A stretch of 58,864 nt of DNA from Candidatus Levybacteria bacterium RIFCSPHIGHO2_01_FULL_37_17 (GTDB lineage: Bacteria > Patescibacteriota > Microgenomatia > Levybacterales > UBA12049): NCBI GenBank assembly GCA_001782035.1, contig MFNL01000002.1, forward strand, positions 1-58,864. Reading direction: 5' to 3'. Both the position numbers and the translations under genes were made by a program. Position 1 is the first letter of the stretch. Every line of letters begins with the position of its first letter. The notes beneath the pieces were generated by a model that worked only from the letters and a program-made list of their open reading frames with translations, had not been told where the DNA came from and made no database searches. Positions 28,254 to 36,380 of the stretch are shown one piece after another.

Positions 28254-31154
28254 ATGTTAAAAATTAAGAGCAATAAGCAAGAAAATTTTAAATTTGTAGA
28301 TTCTCAAACTGACTTTCCTGCTTTGGAACGTGAGTGGTTAACAAAGTGGGAAAAAGAAGGACTGGTTTCTAAATACTTGCATAAAAACGAAAAGGCAAAA
28401 GATAAATTTTCATTTTTAGACGGACCAATTACTGCCAACAATCCAATGGGGGTTCATCACGCTTGGGGAAGAACCTATAAAGATTTTTGGCAAAAGTTTT
28501 GGAACATGAGGGGGAAGAAACAACGGTTCCAGAATGGTTTTGATGAGCAAGGGCTATGGGTAGAAGTCGAAGTTGAGAAAGAATTAGGTTTAAAAAGTAA
28601 AAAAGACATAGAAAATTTGGTGACAGGGGATAAGTTTAAAAGTTTAGAGAAATTTATAAACTTATGCAAGGCGCGAGTTGCAAAGTTTTCCAAAATCCAG
28701 ACTGAACAGTCAAAAAAACTAGGTTACTTTATGGACTGGGAGAATTCTTATCATACTTCATCGGATAAGAATAACTATACTATTTGGGAATTTTTAAAGC
28801 TAATCAACGAAAAGGAATGGTTATACAAGGGGCACGATAGCGTCCCATGGTGTCCAAGATGCGGAACAGCAATTTCGCAAATGGAAATACTGTCTGAAGA
28901 ATATAAAGAGCTATCTCATGAATCTGTTTATTTCAAGCTTCCTGTCTTGGATAGAGAAAATGAGTATTTGTTGGTATGGACGACTACGCCATGGACAATA
29001 CCTTCAAATGTTGCTGTTGCTGTGAATAAAGGTGAAGATTATGTTGCTTACAAGATGAATGGAGAAGTTTTATGGATAATGAAAAAAAGACTCAGAGATC
29101 TAGAATCTCAAAAAATTTTAAAAGGAGATACAACTCCTCCAAAAACTTTAAAAGGCAAAGACTTAATAGGTTGGGAATATGAATCGCCGTTTGATGAACT
29201 GCCTTTAGTAAAGGAAGCACTATTGAGCTACCGTCATAGAGTAATAGATGGAGAAGAAATTGTAACTGATGTAGAAGGGACAGGCCTTTTACACGTAGCC
29301 CCCGGAGCTGGAGAAGAAGATTTTAAATTGGGAAAAAAGAATAAAATTCCAGTAATCTCCTCAATTGAGGAGGACGCATCTTACCTTCCAGCAATGGGAG
29401 AGCTTGCAGGTAAAAATGCCAAAGTTCATCCGGAGTTAGTAATCAATTATTTGAAAAACAAAGAGGCAGGAAAATTTATTTTGACTACACAAATGTACGT
29501 GCATAGATATCCAACCTGTTGGAGATGTAGGACTGAGCTAGTATGGCGTGTGGTTGATGAGTGGTATATAGCAATGGATAAAAAGGACGATAGCGGAAAA
29601 ACATACAGAGAACAAATGGTTGCGGTGGCTAAAAAAATTAAATGGATGCCAGATTGGGGTATTGAAAGAGAGCTGGATTGGCTAAAAAATATGCAAGACT
29701 GGTTAATATCTAAAAAAAGATATTGGGGGCTTGCTTTACCCATATTTGAGTGTAAAGATTGTGGAAATTTTGAAGTCATAGGCGGAAAAGATGAATTGAA
29801 GAAGACAGCAGTGGAGGGATTTGATAAATTTGATGGTCATTCTCCACATAGGCCATGGATAGATCAAGTAAAAATAAAATGTCCAAAATGTGGCGGAATT
29901 GTTTCAAGGATTCAAGATGTTGGCAATCCATGGCTAGATGCTGGAATAGTACCTTTTTCAACCTTGACCTCCGATTGGTTTCCTGCTGATTTTATTACTG
30001 AGTCTTTTCCTGGGCAATTTAAAAATTGGTTCTACTCTTTAATAGCAATGGCCACGGTTCTTAAAAATGAACCCTCTTTTAAAAGAGTTTTAGGCTTTGC
30101 GTCAGTGAGGGATGAAAAAGGAGAAGAAATGCATAAAAGTAAGGGTAATGCGATCGAGTTTAATGAAGCAGCAGACAAGATTGGTGTCGATGTCATGAGG
30201 TGGATGTATTTGCGTCAAGATCCGGAAGTTAATTTAAATTTCGGCTACCATGTAACTGATGAAGTCAGGCGATATTTCCACTTGAGGCTTTGGAATGTTT
30301 ATTCTTTTTTTATTACCTATGCAAATCTTTTTAACTTCAAACCCGCAAAAAAAGAATTGAATATCGAAAATATTTTGGATAAATGGATCATTTCAAGGCT
30401 AAACGGCTCTATCTCAAGCGTTACTGGTTTTATAGAATCTTATCATGCGGATAAAGCGACGCTCGAGATTGAGAGCTTTATAATTAATGATTTATCAAAT
30501 TGGTATGTAAGAAGAAGCAGGGATAGGGTTGCCATTTATAGTGAGAACAATAGCGATAGAGACGCTTGCTTATTGACCTTGTGGTATGTATTGAGCGAAT
30601 ACGCTAAGGTTATTGCTCCTTTTATTCCATTCATCTCCGAAGATATGTATGTAAATTTAACGAATGAAGATTCAGTGCACCTGGTTGATTTTCCAATTTT
30701 TGATAAAAAATTAATAAACCCAAGACTAGAAGAAGAGATGCAAGCAGCAAGAAAACTTGCAGAAGTAGTCCATGCTCTTAGAAAAACAAGGGAAGTTAAA
30801 GTTAGAATCCCAATTCGCCAAGCAAAATATAGCGGACCGTTGGAATTATCCAAAGACATACTGAAGGTTGTAAAAGATGAGACTAATATTTATGAACTTT
30901 TGTATGATAAAAAAATCTCAGAGTACAGCATTGATGCAAGAACAAATGATGAAAATCTGGATTTAAATTTTGGGCTAGCTAGAGATATCGTTAGGAAGAT
31001 TCAAGAGCAAAGAAAAGTGCTTAAAACAAGACCCGATCATAAGATAAATGTTACTCTCCCCTTTTGGCCAAAAGAATACGAAGCATTTATAAAGAAAAGA
31101 GCTCAAGTTAGTCAGTTATCAGAAGGAAAAGAGTTTTCAATCTCAAATGAATAA
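28254..31154 (+). CDS. ileS: Isoleucine--tRNA ligase
   Basis: HIGH-like 'NPMGVHHAWGRT', 'WCPRCGTAIS', 'TTTPWTIPSNVAVAV' and KMSKS-like 'MHKSKGN'. Start set at ATG 28254, just after the FKBP stop codon, rather than 28227. Confidence 0.8.
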   Translation: MLKIKSNKQENFKFVDSQTDFPALEREWLTKWEKEGLVSKYLHKNEKAKDKFSFLDGPITANNPMGVHHAWGRTYKDFWQKFWNMRGKKQRFQNGFDEQGLWVEVEVEKELGLKSKKDIENLVTGDKFKSLEKFINLCKARVAKFSKIQTEQSKKLGYFMDWENSYHTSSDKNNYTIWEFLKLINEKEWLYKGHDSVPWCPRCGTAISQMEILSEEYKELSHESVYFKLPVLDRENEYLLVWTTTPWTIPSNVAVAVNKGEDYVAYKMNGEVLWIMKKRLRDLESQKILKGDTTPPKTLKGKDLIGWEYESPFDELPLVKEALLSYRHRVIDGEEIVTDVEGTGLLHVAPGAGEEDFKLGKKNKIPVISSIEEDASYLPAMGELAGKNAKVHPELVINYLKNKEAGKFILTTQMYVHRYPTCWRCRTELVWRVVDEWYIAMDKKDDSGKTYREQMVAVAKKIKWMPDWGIERELDWLKNMQDWLISKKRYWGLALPIFECKDCGNFEVIGGKDELKKTAVEGFDKFDGHSPHRPWIDQVKIKCPKCGGIVSRIQDVGNPWLDAGIVPFSTLTSDWFPADFITESFPGQFKNWFYSLIAMATVLKNEPSFKRVLGFASVRDEKGEEMHKSKGNAIEFNEAADKIGVDVMRWMYLRQDPEVNLNFGYHVTDEVRRYFHLRLWNVYSFFITYANLFNFKPAKKELNIENILDKWIISRLNGSISSVTGFIESYHADKATLEIESFIINDLSNWYVRRSRDRVAIYSENNSDRDACLLTLWYVLSEYAKVIAPFIPFISEDMYVNLTNEDSVHLVDFPIFDKKLINPRLEEEMQAARKLAEVVHALRKTREVKVRIPIRQAKYSGPLELSKDILKVVKDETNIYELLYDKKISEYSIDARTNDENLDLNFGLARDIVRKIQEQRKVLKTRPDHKINVTLPFWPKEYEAFIKKRAQVSQLSEGKEFSISNE

Positions 31155-32229
31155 AATTGGTCTACTGGATTTTGACTTCGGATTGATTATCCCTATCATT
31201 ATTTTATCATTTTTAAGTTTAGTCACTCTTTACTCTTTAAATCCGCTTTTCTTCCAAGGCCAGTTTGTTCTTTTAATCGTATCAGTTTTTGCTTTTTTGT
31301 TTTTTTCTCAAACAAACGTAAATATTCTAAAACTTTATTCAAAACAAATTTATATTATTTCCCTTCTTATTCTGACTGCTGTATTGCTTATTGGAATTGA
31401 ATCTAGAGGTGCGGTAAGATGGATTGAATTCTTGGGTTTTCGTATTCAATTTTCCGAAATCATAAAACCGTTTCTTGCAGTTAGTTTTGCTGCATATCTT
31501 TCAAATCTTAAGGTTTTTTCAATTAAAGAATTTGTAAAAATCTTAATTCTTCTTTCACCCATATTTTTACTTATTAATTTTCAACCTGATTTGGGAAATG
31601 CCTTAATTTATGGATTTGTATTAATCCTGACCCTTTTGTATATTGGGTTTCCTTTTAGATTCTTTTTATCAATGTTTATATTTTCCGTTATTGCCTTTCC
31701 TTTTTTATTTGCATTTCTACATGATTATCAAAAACAAAGAATATTTACCTTCTTAAATCCAGCGTCGGATCCCTTGGGAAATTCTTACAACGTTATTCAG
31801 TCTACCATAGCCGTTGGCTCGGGTATGATTTTTGGCAAAGGAATTGGGCTGGGCACCCAGTCGGGATTAAAGTTTCTGCCTGAAAGACAAACAGATTTTA
31901 TTTTTGCGACTGTTTCGGAACAACTAGGATTTACAGGCGTTGCTATTCTGCTTATTAGCTTTGGATATATTTTATATAAAATTCTAAGCTATATCTTATC
32001 ATCGGAAGATCATTTTCAAAGAATTTTTCTTTCTATTTCTTTTTTTATTATTCTTGTTCAACTGTTTCTCAATATTGGGATGAATATTGGGATTATGCCA
32101 ATTGTCGGAGTGACCCTTCCATTTGTATCTTATGGCGGAAGCTCGTTACTTTCTAATTTTATATTTCTAGGCCTTATTGCTTCAATTGCCAAGGGATACA
32201 AAAACAAGGAAATTCTTTCAATAAGATAA
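31147..32229 (+). CDS. rodA: SEDS-family protein RodA/FtsW paralog
   Basis: 'QFSEIIKP', 'QPDLGN', 'PERQTDFIFA' and 'TLPFVSYGGSSL'. Overlaps ileS by 8 nt. Confidence 0.75.
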   Translation: MNKIGLLDFDFGLIIPIIILSFLSLVTLYSLNPLFFQGQFVLLIVSVFAFLFFSQTNVNILKLYSKQIYIISLLILTAVLLIGIESRGAVRWIEFLGFRIQFSEIIKPFLAVSFAAYLSNLKVFSIKEFVKILILLSPIFLLINFQPDLGNALIYGFVLILTLLYIGFPFRFFLSMFIFSVIAFPFLFAFLHDYQKQRIFTFLNPASDPLGNSYNVIQSTIAVGSGMIFGKGIGLGTQSGLKFLPERQTDFIFATVSEQLGFTGVAILLISFGYILYKILSYILSSEDHFQRIFLSISFFIILVQLFLNIGMNIGIMPIVGVTLPFVSYGGSSLLSNFIFLGLIASIAKGYKNKEILSIR

Positions 32230-32235
32230 ATTCTT

Positions 32236-32244
32236 TGCTATAAT
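32236..32244 (+). promoter_or_regulatory. Extended -10 promoter TGcTATAAT, 7 nt before GTG 32252 (rplU)
   Basis: Read directly at 32236-32244. Confidence 0.55.
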
Positions 32245-32251
32245 CGTTACC

Positions 32252-32560
32252 GTGAAATACGCGGTAATAAAAACAGGAGGTAAGCAATACAAAGTTAAAG
32301 AAGGCGATGTCATTGAAGTAGATAGGCTTTCAGAAAAAGGACAAAAAATAGTTTTTGATGAGGTGCTCTTATCTGTTACGGATAGTACAGTTAAAATTGG
32401 AAAACCAAAAATTGCAAATGGAAAAGTTGAAGCTCAATTAATTAACAATACTAGGGGAGAAAAAATCAGAGTTTCAAAATTTAAGGCAAAAGTAAGATAT
32501 AGAAAAACCACTGGATTTAGAGCAAATCTTACTAAGGTTAAAATAACAAAAATAATATAG
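32252..32560 (+). CDS. rplU: 50S ribosomal protein L21
   Basis: 'KYAVIKTGGKQYKVKEGDVIEVDRL'. GTG start. Confidence 0.9.
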   Translation: MKYAVIKTGGKQYKVKEGDVIEVDRLSEKGQKIVFDEVLLSVTDSTVKIGKPKIANGKVEAQLINNTRGEKIRVSKFKAKVRYRKTTGFRANLTKVKITKII

Positions 32561-32569
32561 TTTGACCTC

Positions 32570-32598
32570 TTGACACCCGTGAAAAGTCAATATAAAAT
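32570..32598 (+). promoter_or_regulatory. Internal promoter TTGACA-N17-TAAAAT between rplU and rpmA
   Basis: TTGACA at 32570-32575 and TAAAAT at 32593-32598. Flanked by the 8-bp inverted repeat CGTGAAAA (32579-32586) / TTTTCACG (32607-32614). Confidence 0.5.
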
Positions 32599-32621
32599 GG
32601 GGTCAGTTTTCACGAAACATT

Positions 32622-32873
32622 ATGGCACACACAAAAGCACAAGGTGCGGTAAAAGGTAATAGAGACTCAATCGCAAAACGATTGGGTGTAAAAATTTATG
32701 GTGGACAGAAAGCTAAAAAGGGAAGTATATTAGTTCGTCAGAAAGGGACAAAATTCCATCCCGGAAAAAATGTTTCTATGGGAAGAGACTTTACTTTATT
32801 CTCTCTTATTGACGGAGTGGTAAAATTCAAAGAGTTACATTCAAAAAGAGTAATAGAGGTTATAAATGGATAA
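32622..32873 (+). CDS. rpmA: 50S ribosomal protein L27
   Basis: '[29 protein letters not shown]'. No N-terminal propeptide. Confidence 0.95.
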   Translation: MAHTKAQGAVKGNRDSIAKRLGVKIYGGQKAKKGSILVRQKGTKFHPGKNVSMGRDFTLFSLIDGVVKFKELHSKRVIEVING

Positions 32874-33693
32874 TAACGATAGAGTTTTCGAGCTCGAAAC
32901 CAATTTATTGCAAGCAAATCCTCTTCAACCAAGAGGTATTATATCGCCTGACTCCTTGCAGGAGCTTGTGGATTCCATAAGAGAGCAAGGAATTTTGGAG
33001 CCGATAGTTGCGGCTAAAACACCAGCAGGGTATCAAATTATTGCAGGCGAGAGACGCTGGAGAGCTGCAAAAATATTAGGCCTTGAAAAAGTACCGGTTG
33101 TAATAAAAGAAACAACACCACAGGGAATGCTTGAGATGTCAATTGTTGAAAATGTCCAAAGAGAAGATTTAAACCCTATCGAGCGCGCACAAGCATATAA
33201 AAGGTTAATTGAGGAATTCGGCCTTGGGACAAACGAAGTTGCCAGGAGAGTTAGTAAATCCGCTCCGACAGTGTCTAACACAATAAGACTTCTGTCTTTG
33301 CCTGATGCTATTAAGGATGCACTGGTTGCGGGGGTAATAACAGAAGGGCATGTAAGGCCTTTAATTTCTCTTGGAGACCCAAAGCTAATGCTTGACTTAT
33401 TCAAGAGAATTCTAAAAGAAAATAGCACGGTTAGGGAGACCGAAGAAATTGCAAGACAAGTAAAAGGTGAGGTGCAACAAAAAGAACCCCGAACTAAATT
33501 GCACAAACTTTGGGTTCCCGAGCTTGATGAGATGGCCAAGAAAATTCAAGATAAAATAGGTTCTGATGCCTCCATTATGTATCAGACAAGAACTAAGGCA
33601 AGGATAATTATAGAAAAAAAGGGAGATGTAGATATTACGGGCCCCTGGTTAAAGAAGGTTTTTGAATCATTGGCTGCTTCTTATTCCGAGTAA
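32866..33693 (+). CDS. parB: ParB/Spo0J-family partition protein
   Basis: 'LQANPLQPR', '[16 protein letters not shown]' and HTH '[24 protein letters not shown]'. Overlaps rpmA by 8 nt. Confidence 0.85.
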   Translation: MDNNDRVFELETNLLQANPLQPRGIISPDSLQELVDSIREQGILEPIVAAKTPAGYQIIAGERRWRAAKILGLEKVPVVIKETTPQGMLEMSIVENVQREDLNPIERAQAYKRLIEEFGLGTNEVARRVSKSAPTVSNTIRLLSLPDAIKDALVAGVITEGHVRPLISLGDPKLMLDLFKRILKENSTVRETEEIARQVKGEVQQKEPRTKLHKLWVPELDEMAKKIQDKIGSDASIMYQTRTKARIIIEKKGDVDITGPWLKKVFESLAASYSE

Positions 33694-34244
33694 GGATTAT
33701 TAATAAATCTTACCTTGTTAATCGGCAAATAAACAATCATAGAAACTCCAATTACGGTATCCTTTCCCACAAATCCCCATTCCCTAGAATCGGAACTTGC
33801 TTGCCTATTGTCTCCCAAAACAAAATACATTTCTTTTGGTACTTTTATCTGTTCATTTTCTTCAAGAAAGGCGCCTTGATAAGTTTTTACGCCACTAGCT
33901 AAATAAGAGGATTCATTAAGTTTTTCTCCATTCAAATAGACATCCCCATTTTTAACGGAAACAGTATCACCAGGTAATGCAACTACTCTTTTTATGTAGT
34001 CTTTCTCAGGCTCTGCTGGAGACTTAAAAACTACTACATCTCCTCTCTTTGGATCGCTTAATCTTAGCGTAATTAAACTAGTTAAGACATACTCTTTGTC
34101 ATGAAAATTAGGGAACATAGAATCTCCTTTGACCTCATAAGGCCTAAATAAAAATAAGTAAATGACTAAAAAAATTGCAGCGGCTATTAAAAAGGTTTGA
34201 ACACTGTCAATTAAAAAGTTATAAATGCGGCGGAGTATTAACAC
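33681..34244 (-). CDS. lepB: Signal peptidase I
   Basis: N-terminal TM helix, 'VKGDSMFPNF' (catalytic Ser), 'YIKRVVALPGD' (catalytic Lys) and 'GDNRQASSDSREWGFV'. GTG start. Confidence 0.9.
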   Translation of the reverse strand: MLILRRIYNFLIDSVQTFLIAAAIFLVIYLFLFRPYEVKGDSMFPNFHDKEYVLTSLITLRLSDPKRGDVVVFKSPAEPEKDYIKRVVALPGDTVSVKNGDVYLNGEKLNESSYLASGVKTYQGAFLEENEQIKVPKEMYFVLGDNRQASSDSREWGFVGKDTVIGVSMIVYLPINKVRFINNPYSE

Positions 34245-34250
34245 TATCTA

Positions 34251-34279
34251 ATTTTCCCAACTTTTAAAAGTAAAGTCAA
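34251..34279 (-). promoter_or_regulatory. Promoter TTGACT-N17-GAAAAT (minus strand), 6 nt before lepB GTG 34244
   Basis: On the + strand, agtcaa at 34274-34279 and attttc at 34251-34256. The -10 is imperfect (G at position 1). Confidence 0.4.
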
Positions 34280-34288
34280 TTAAGTATT

Positions 34289-34297
34289 TGCTATAAT
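34289..34297 (+). promoter_or_regulatory. Extended -10 promoter TGcTATAAT, 8 nt before the tRNA-Val 5' end
   Basis: Read directly at 34289-34297. Confidence 0.55.
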
Positions 34298-34305
34298 AAC
34301 TGCAC

Positions 34306-34377
34306 GGACTCGTAGTTCAGTGGTAGAGCGCTTCATTCACATTGAAGATGTCAGAGGTTCGAATCCTCTCGAGTCCA
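34306..34377 (+). tRNA. tRNA-Val (anticodon CAC)
   Basis: Hand-folded cloverleaf: acceptor GGACTCG/CGAGTCC, D arm GTTC-AGTGGTA-GAGC, anticodon arm CTTCA-TTCACAT-TGAAG, variable loop ATGTC, T arm AGAGG-TTCGAAT-CCTCT, discriminator A. 72 nt, no encoded CCA. Confidence 0.9.
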
Positions 34378-34378
34378 C

Positions 34379-35440
34379 ATGAAAGTTTTATTTTTAACTC
34401 GTTCTTTTTATCCCAATGTTGGAGGAGTAGAGAAGCACATATATAAACTTTCTGAAGTACTACTCAGAAACGACATAGAAGTCACAATTGTTACGGAAAA
34501 ATCTTATAGTAATTATTATCACTCTGATTTTGCTAGCGCTAATAACTTGGGGTCAAATCAAATAAATGTAATTGAAATTGAGCCAGGAAGAAATGATTGG
34601 TTTAAAAAATTTCGTATTTGGAAAGAACTTGCATTTAAGATTTCTTATATAAAGAATGCAGACATAGTTCATTGTCATGACGTATACTTTTGGTACATAC
34701 CATTTAGACTTTTATTTCCGCTAAAGAGGAACTTTGTAACATTTCATGGCTACGAAGGCAATAAAATTCCTAACTTCAAAGCAGTTTTTATGCACAAGCT
34801 TGCAGAATTTTTAAGCAACGGGAATATTTGCGTAGGCAATTTTTTAGAAAAATGGTACGGTACCAAACCAGATATTGTTACATACGGGGCAGTCGATAAA
34901 AAATTACTACAAAATAAAAAAAAAGATAATATTAAAATTAAAAAAGGTATTTTTATAGGCAGACTTGAATATGAAACTGGTATCCTAGAGTATTTGAAAG
35001 CAATTAGTAATATAAAAAAAGAAGGAATAAATATTCAGCTTGATGTTTTTGGTAATGGATCGTTGAAACGAAAAGCTATTCGTTTCGCAAAAATTAATGA
35101 ATTATCAGTAAATTTTAAAGGCGCAGTTATAAATTTGGAAAATCAATTGACAGGTTATAATTTTGCTTTTGTTTCTAGATATCTTGCTATCCTTGAAGCC
35201 ATGGCGATAAAATTGGCAGTTCTTGCGCACTACAACAATAAAATAAAAAAAGATTATCTCGAAATGACTCCTTTTGCAAACTACATTACCATATCGAATG
35301 ACCCAGGGATTATTGCGAAGGAGGTTAAAGAACGCCTTGAGAATAAAGACGAAAGAGTTGAGAAAGCATATCAGTGGGCAAAAAAACAAACCTGGGAAAA
35401 TTTGGCAAAGATTTATTTAAGGCTTTGGAATAGTTATTAG
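34379..35440 (+). CDS. Glycosyltransferase family 4 (GT-B)
   Basis: 'MKVLFLTRSFYPNVGGVEKHIYKL' is a canonical GT4 N-terminus. The ATG begins 2 nt after the last tRNA-Val nucleotide. Confidence 0.75.
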   Translation: MKVLFLTRSFYPNVGGVEKHIYKLSEVLLRNDIEVTIVTEKSYSNYYHSDFASANNLGSNQINVIEIEPGRNDWFKKFRIWKELAFKISYIKNADIVHCHDVYFWYIPFRLLFPLKRNFVTFHGYEGNKIPNFKAVFMHKLAEFLSNGNICVGNFLEKWYGTKPDIVTYGAVDKKLLQNKKKDNIKIKKGIFIGRLEYETGILEYLKAISNIKKEGINIQLDVFGNGSLKRKAIRFAKINELSVNFKGAVINLENQLTGYNFAFVSRYLAILEAMAIKLAVLAHYNNKIKKDYLEMTPFANYITISNDPGIIAKEVKERLENKDERVEKAYQWAKKQTWENLAKIYLRLWNSY

Positions 35441-35446
35441 GCTACA

Positions 35447-35475
35447 TTGAATAAGTCAACCATATAGGATAGAAT
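35447..35475 (+). promoter_or_regulatory. Promoter TTGAAT-N17-TAGAAT upstream of the methyltransferase gene
   Basis: TTGAAT at 35447-35452 and TAGAAT at 35470-35475. The predicted 5' UTR is ~20 nt with no SD. Confidence 0.5.
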
Positions 35476-35501
35476 CTATCACTATCTGCTTTAGTTCATT
35501 C

Positions 35502-36380
35502 ATGAAAGATAAATGTCCGGTATGTAGTTTACAAAAAACAATCCAACTCTATCCTGCAGACGTTGATGTTAAAAAGTTATCATTTACATATGTGAAAACT
35601 CCAAATTCGGGAAAAACCTTTCGTTCGGTGAAATGCTTAAACTGCACACATGTTTTTTGCTCACCCATACCTAAAAATATATATAAGAATTATGAAGATG
35701 TTGTTGATAGTGAATACTTAAAATATACAAAGTCCATAAGAGAATCGGCTAAAATTATTCTCCCAATTATTAAAAAGCATGTTACAAGCGGATTAATTCT
35801 TGACGTAGGCTGTGCAACTGGAGAATTTTTAAGCATTGCTAAACAATTTGGATACGAAGTGGAGGGTTTAGAGTTATCAAAATGGTCTTCAGAAATTGCA
35901 AGAAAGCGAAAACTTAAAGTTTATAATACACTGCTAAAAGTCCTTGCGAAAAAACATACAAATAAATATGATATTGTAACCTTGTTCGGTGTTATAGAGC
36001 ATTTCCAAGACCCAAGATTAGAAATGAAATCTTTGCAAAAGTTATTAAAACCTGGCGGGTTGCTTGTCGTATGGACAGGAGACGTTGATTCAATTAGCAG
36101 TAAATTGCTGGGCAAAAATTGGTGGTATTGGCAAGGTCAACATATTCAGTATTTTAGTGAAAAAAGTTTAAATCATCTTGCATTCAATTATGGAGTAAGG
36201 CATATACAGTCTAAAATCTATCCTTTTGTTGCATTTTATGGTCTTGTAGAAAACTCGTTAAGCAGGTATAAAATAAGACCTTTAATTATGGCGCTGTTGA
36301 CACCTTTATTTTTATTGAAACCTAGATGGACATTCTATATACCAGGTGAAATGTTATGGTTTGGTGTTAAAAAAACTTAG
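35502..36380 (+). CDS. Class I SAM-dependent methyltransferase with N-terminal Cys4 zinc ribbon
   Basis: 'CPVCS...CLNCTH' ribbon, motif I 'ILDVGCATGEFL', 'FGVIEHFQDP' and 'LKPGGLLVV'. Confidence 0.75.
   Translation: MKDKCPVCSLQKTIQLYPADVDVKKLSFTYVKTPNSGKTFRSVKCLNCTHVFCSPIPKNIYKNYEDVVDSEYLKYTKSIRESAKIILPIIKKHVTSGLILDVGCATGEFLSIAKQFGYEVEGLELSKWSSEIARKRKLKVYNTLLKVLAKKHTNKYDIVTLFGVIEHFQDPRLEMKSLQKLLKPGGLLVVWTGDVDSISSKLLGKNWWYWQGQHIQYFSEKSLNHLAFNYGVRHIQSKIYPFVAFYGLVENSLSRYKIRPLIMALLTPLFLLKPRWTFYIPGEMLWFGVKKT

Noticed and set aside
32579-32614. Canonical parS site upstream of parB
   Set aside because: parS is a contiguous 16-bp palindrome (TGTTTCACGTGAAACA). Here the half-site-like arms are imperfect and separated by 20 nt. 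The best contiguous CACGTG-centred candidate I saw (around 24556-24571, TATTTCACGTGCAGGA) matches only about 12 of 16 positions. The inverted repeat is still reported as a low-interest finding, but not as parS.
34916-34924. A9 homopolymer in the GT4 gene as a phase-variation tract (also T9 at 47692-47700 and T8 runs at 48516-48523 and 48582-48589)
   Set aside because: In DNA this AT-rich, 8-9 nt A or T runs are expected by chance, and they also occur in housekeeping contexts, for example the A9 run at the end of rsmH (~13291-13299). They are not distinctive without read-level evidence.
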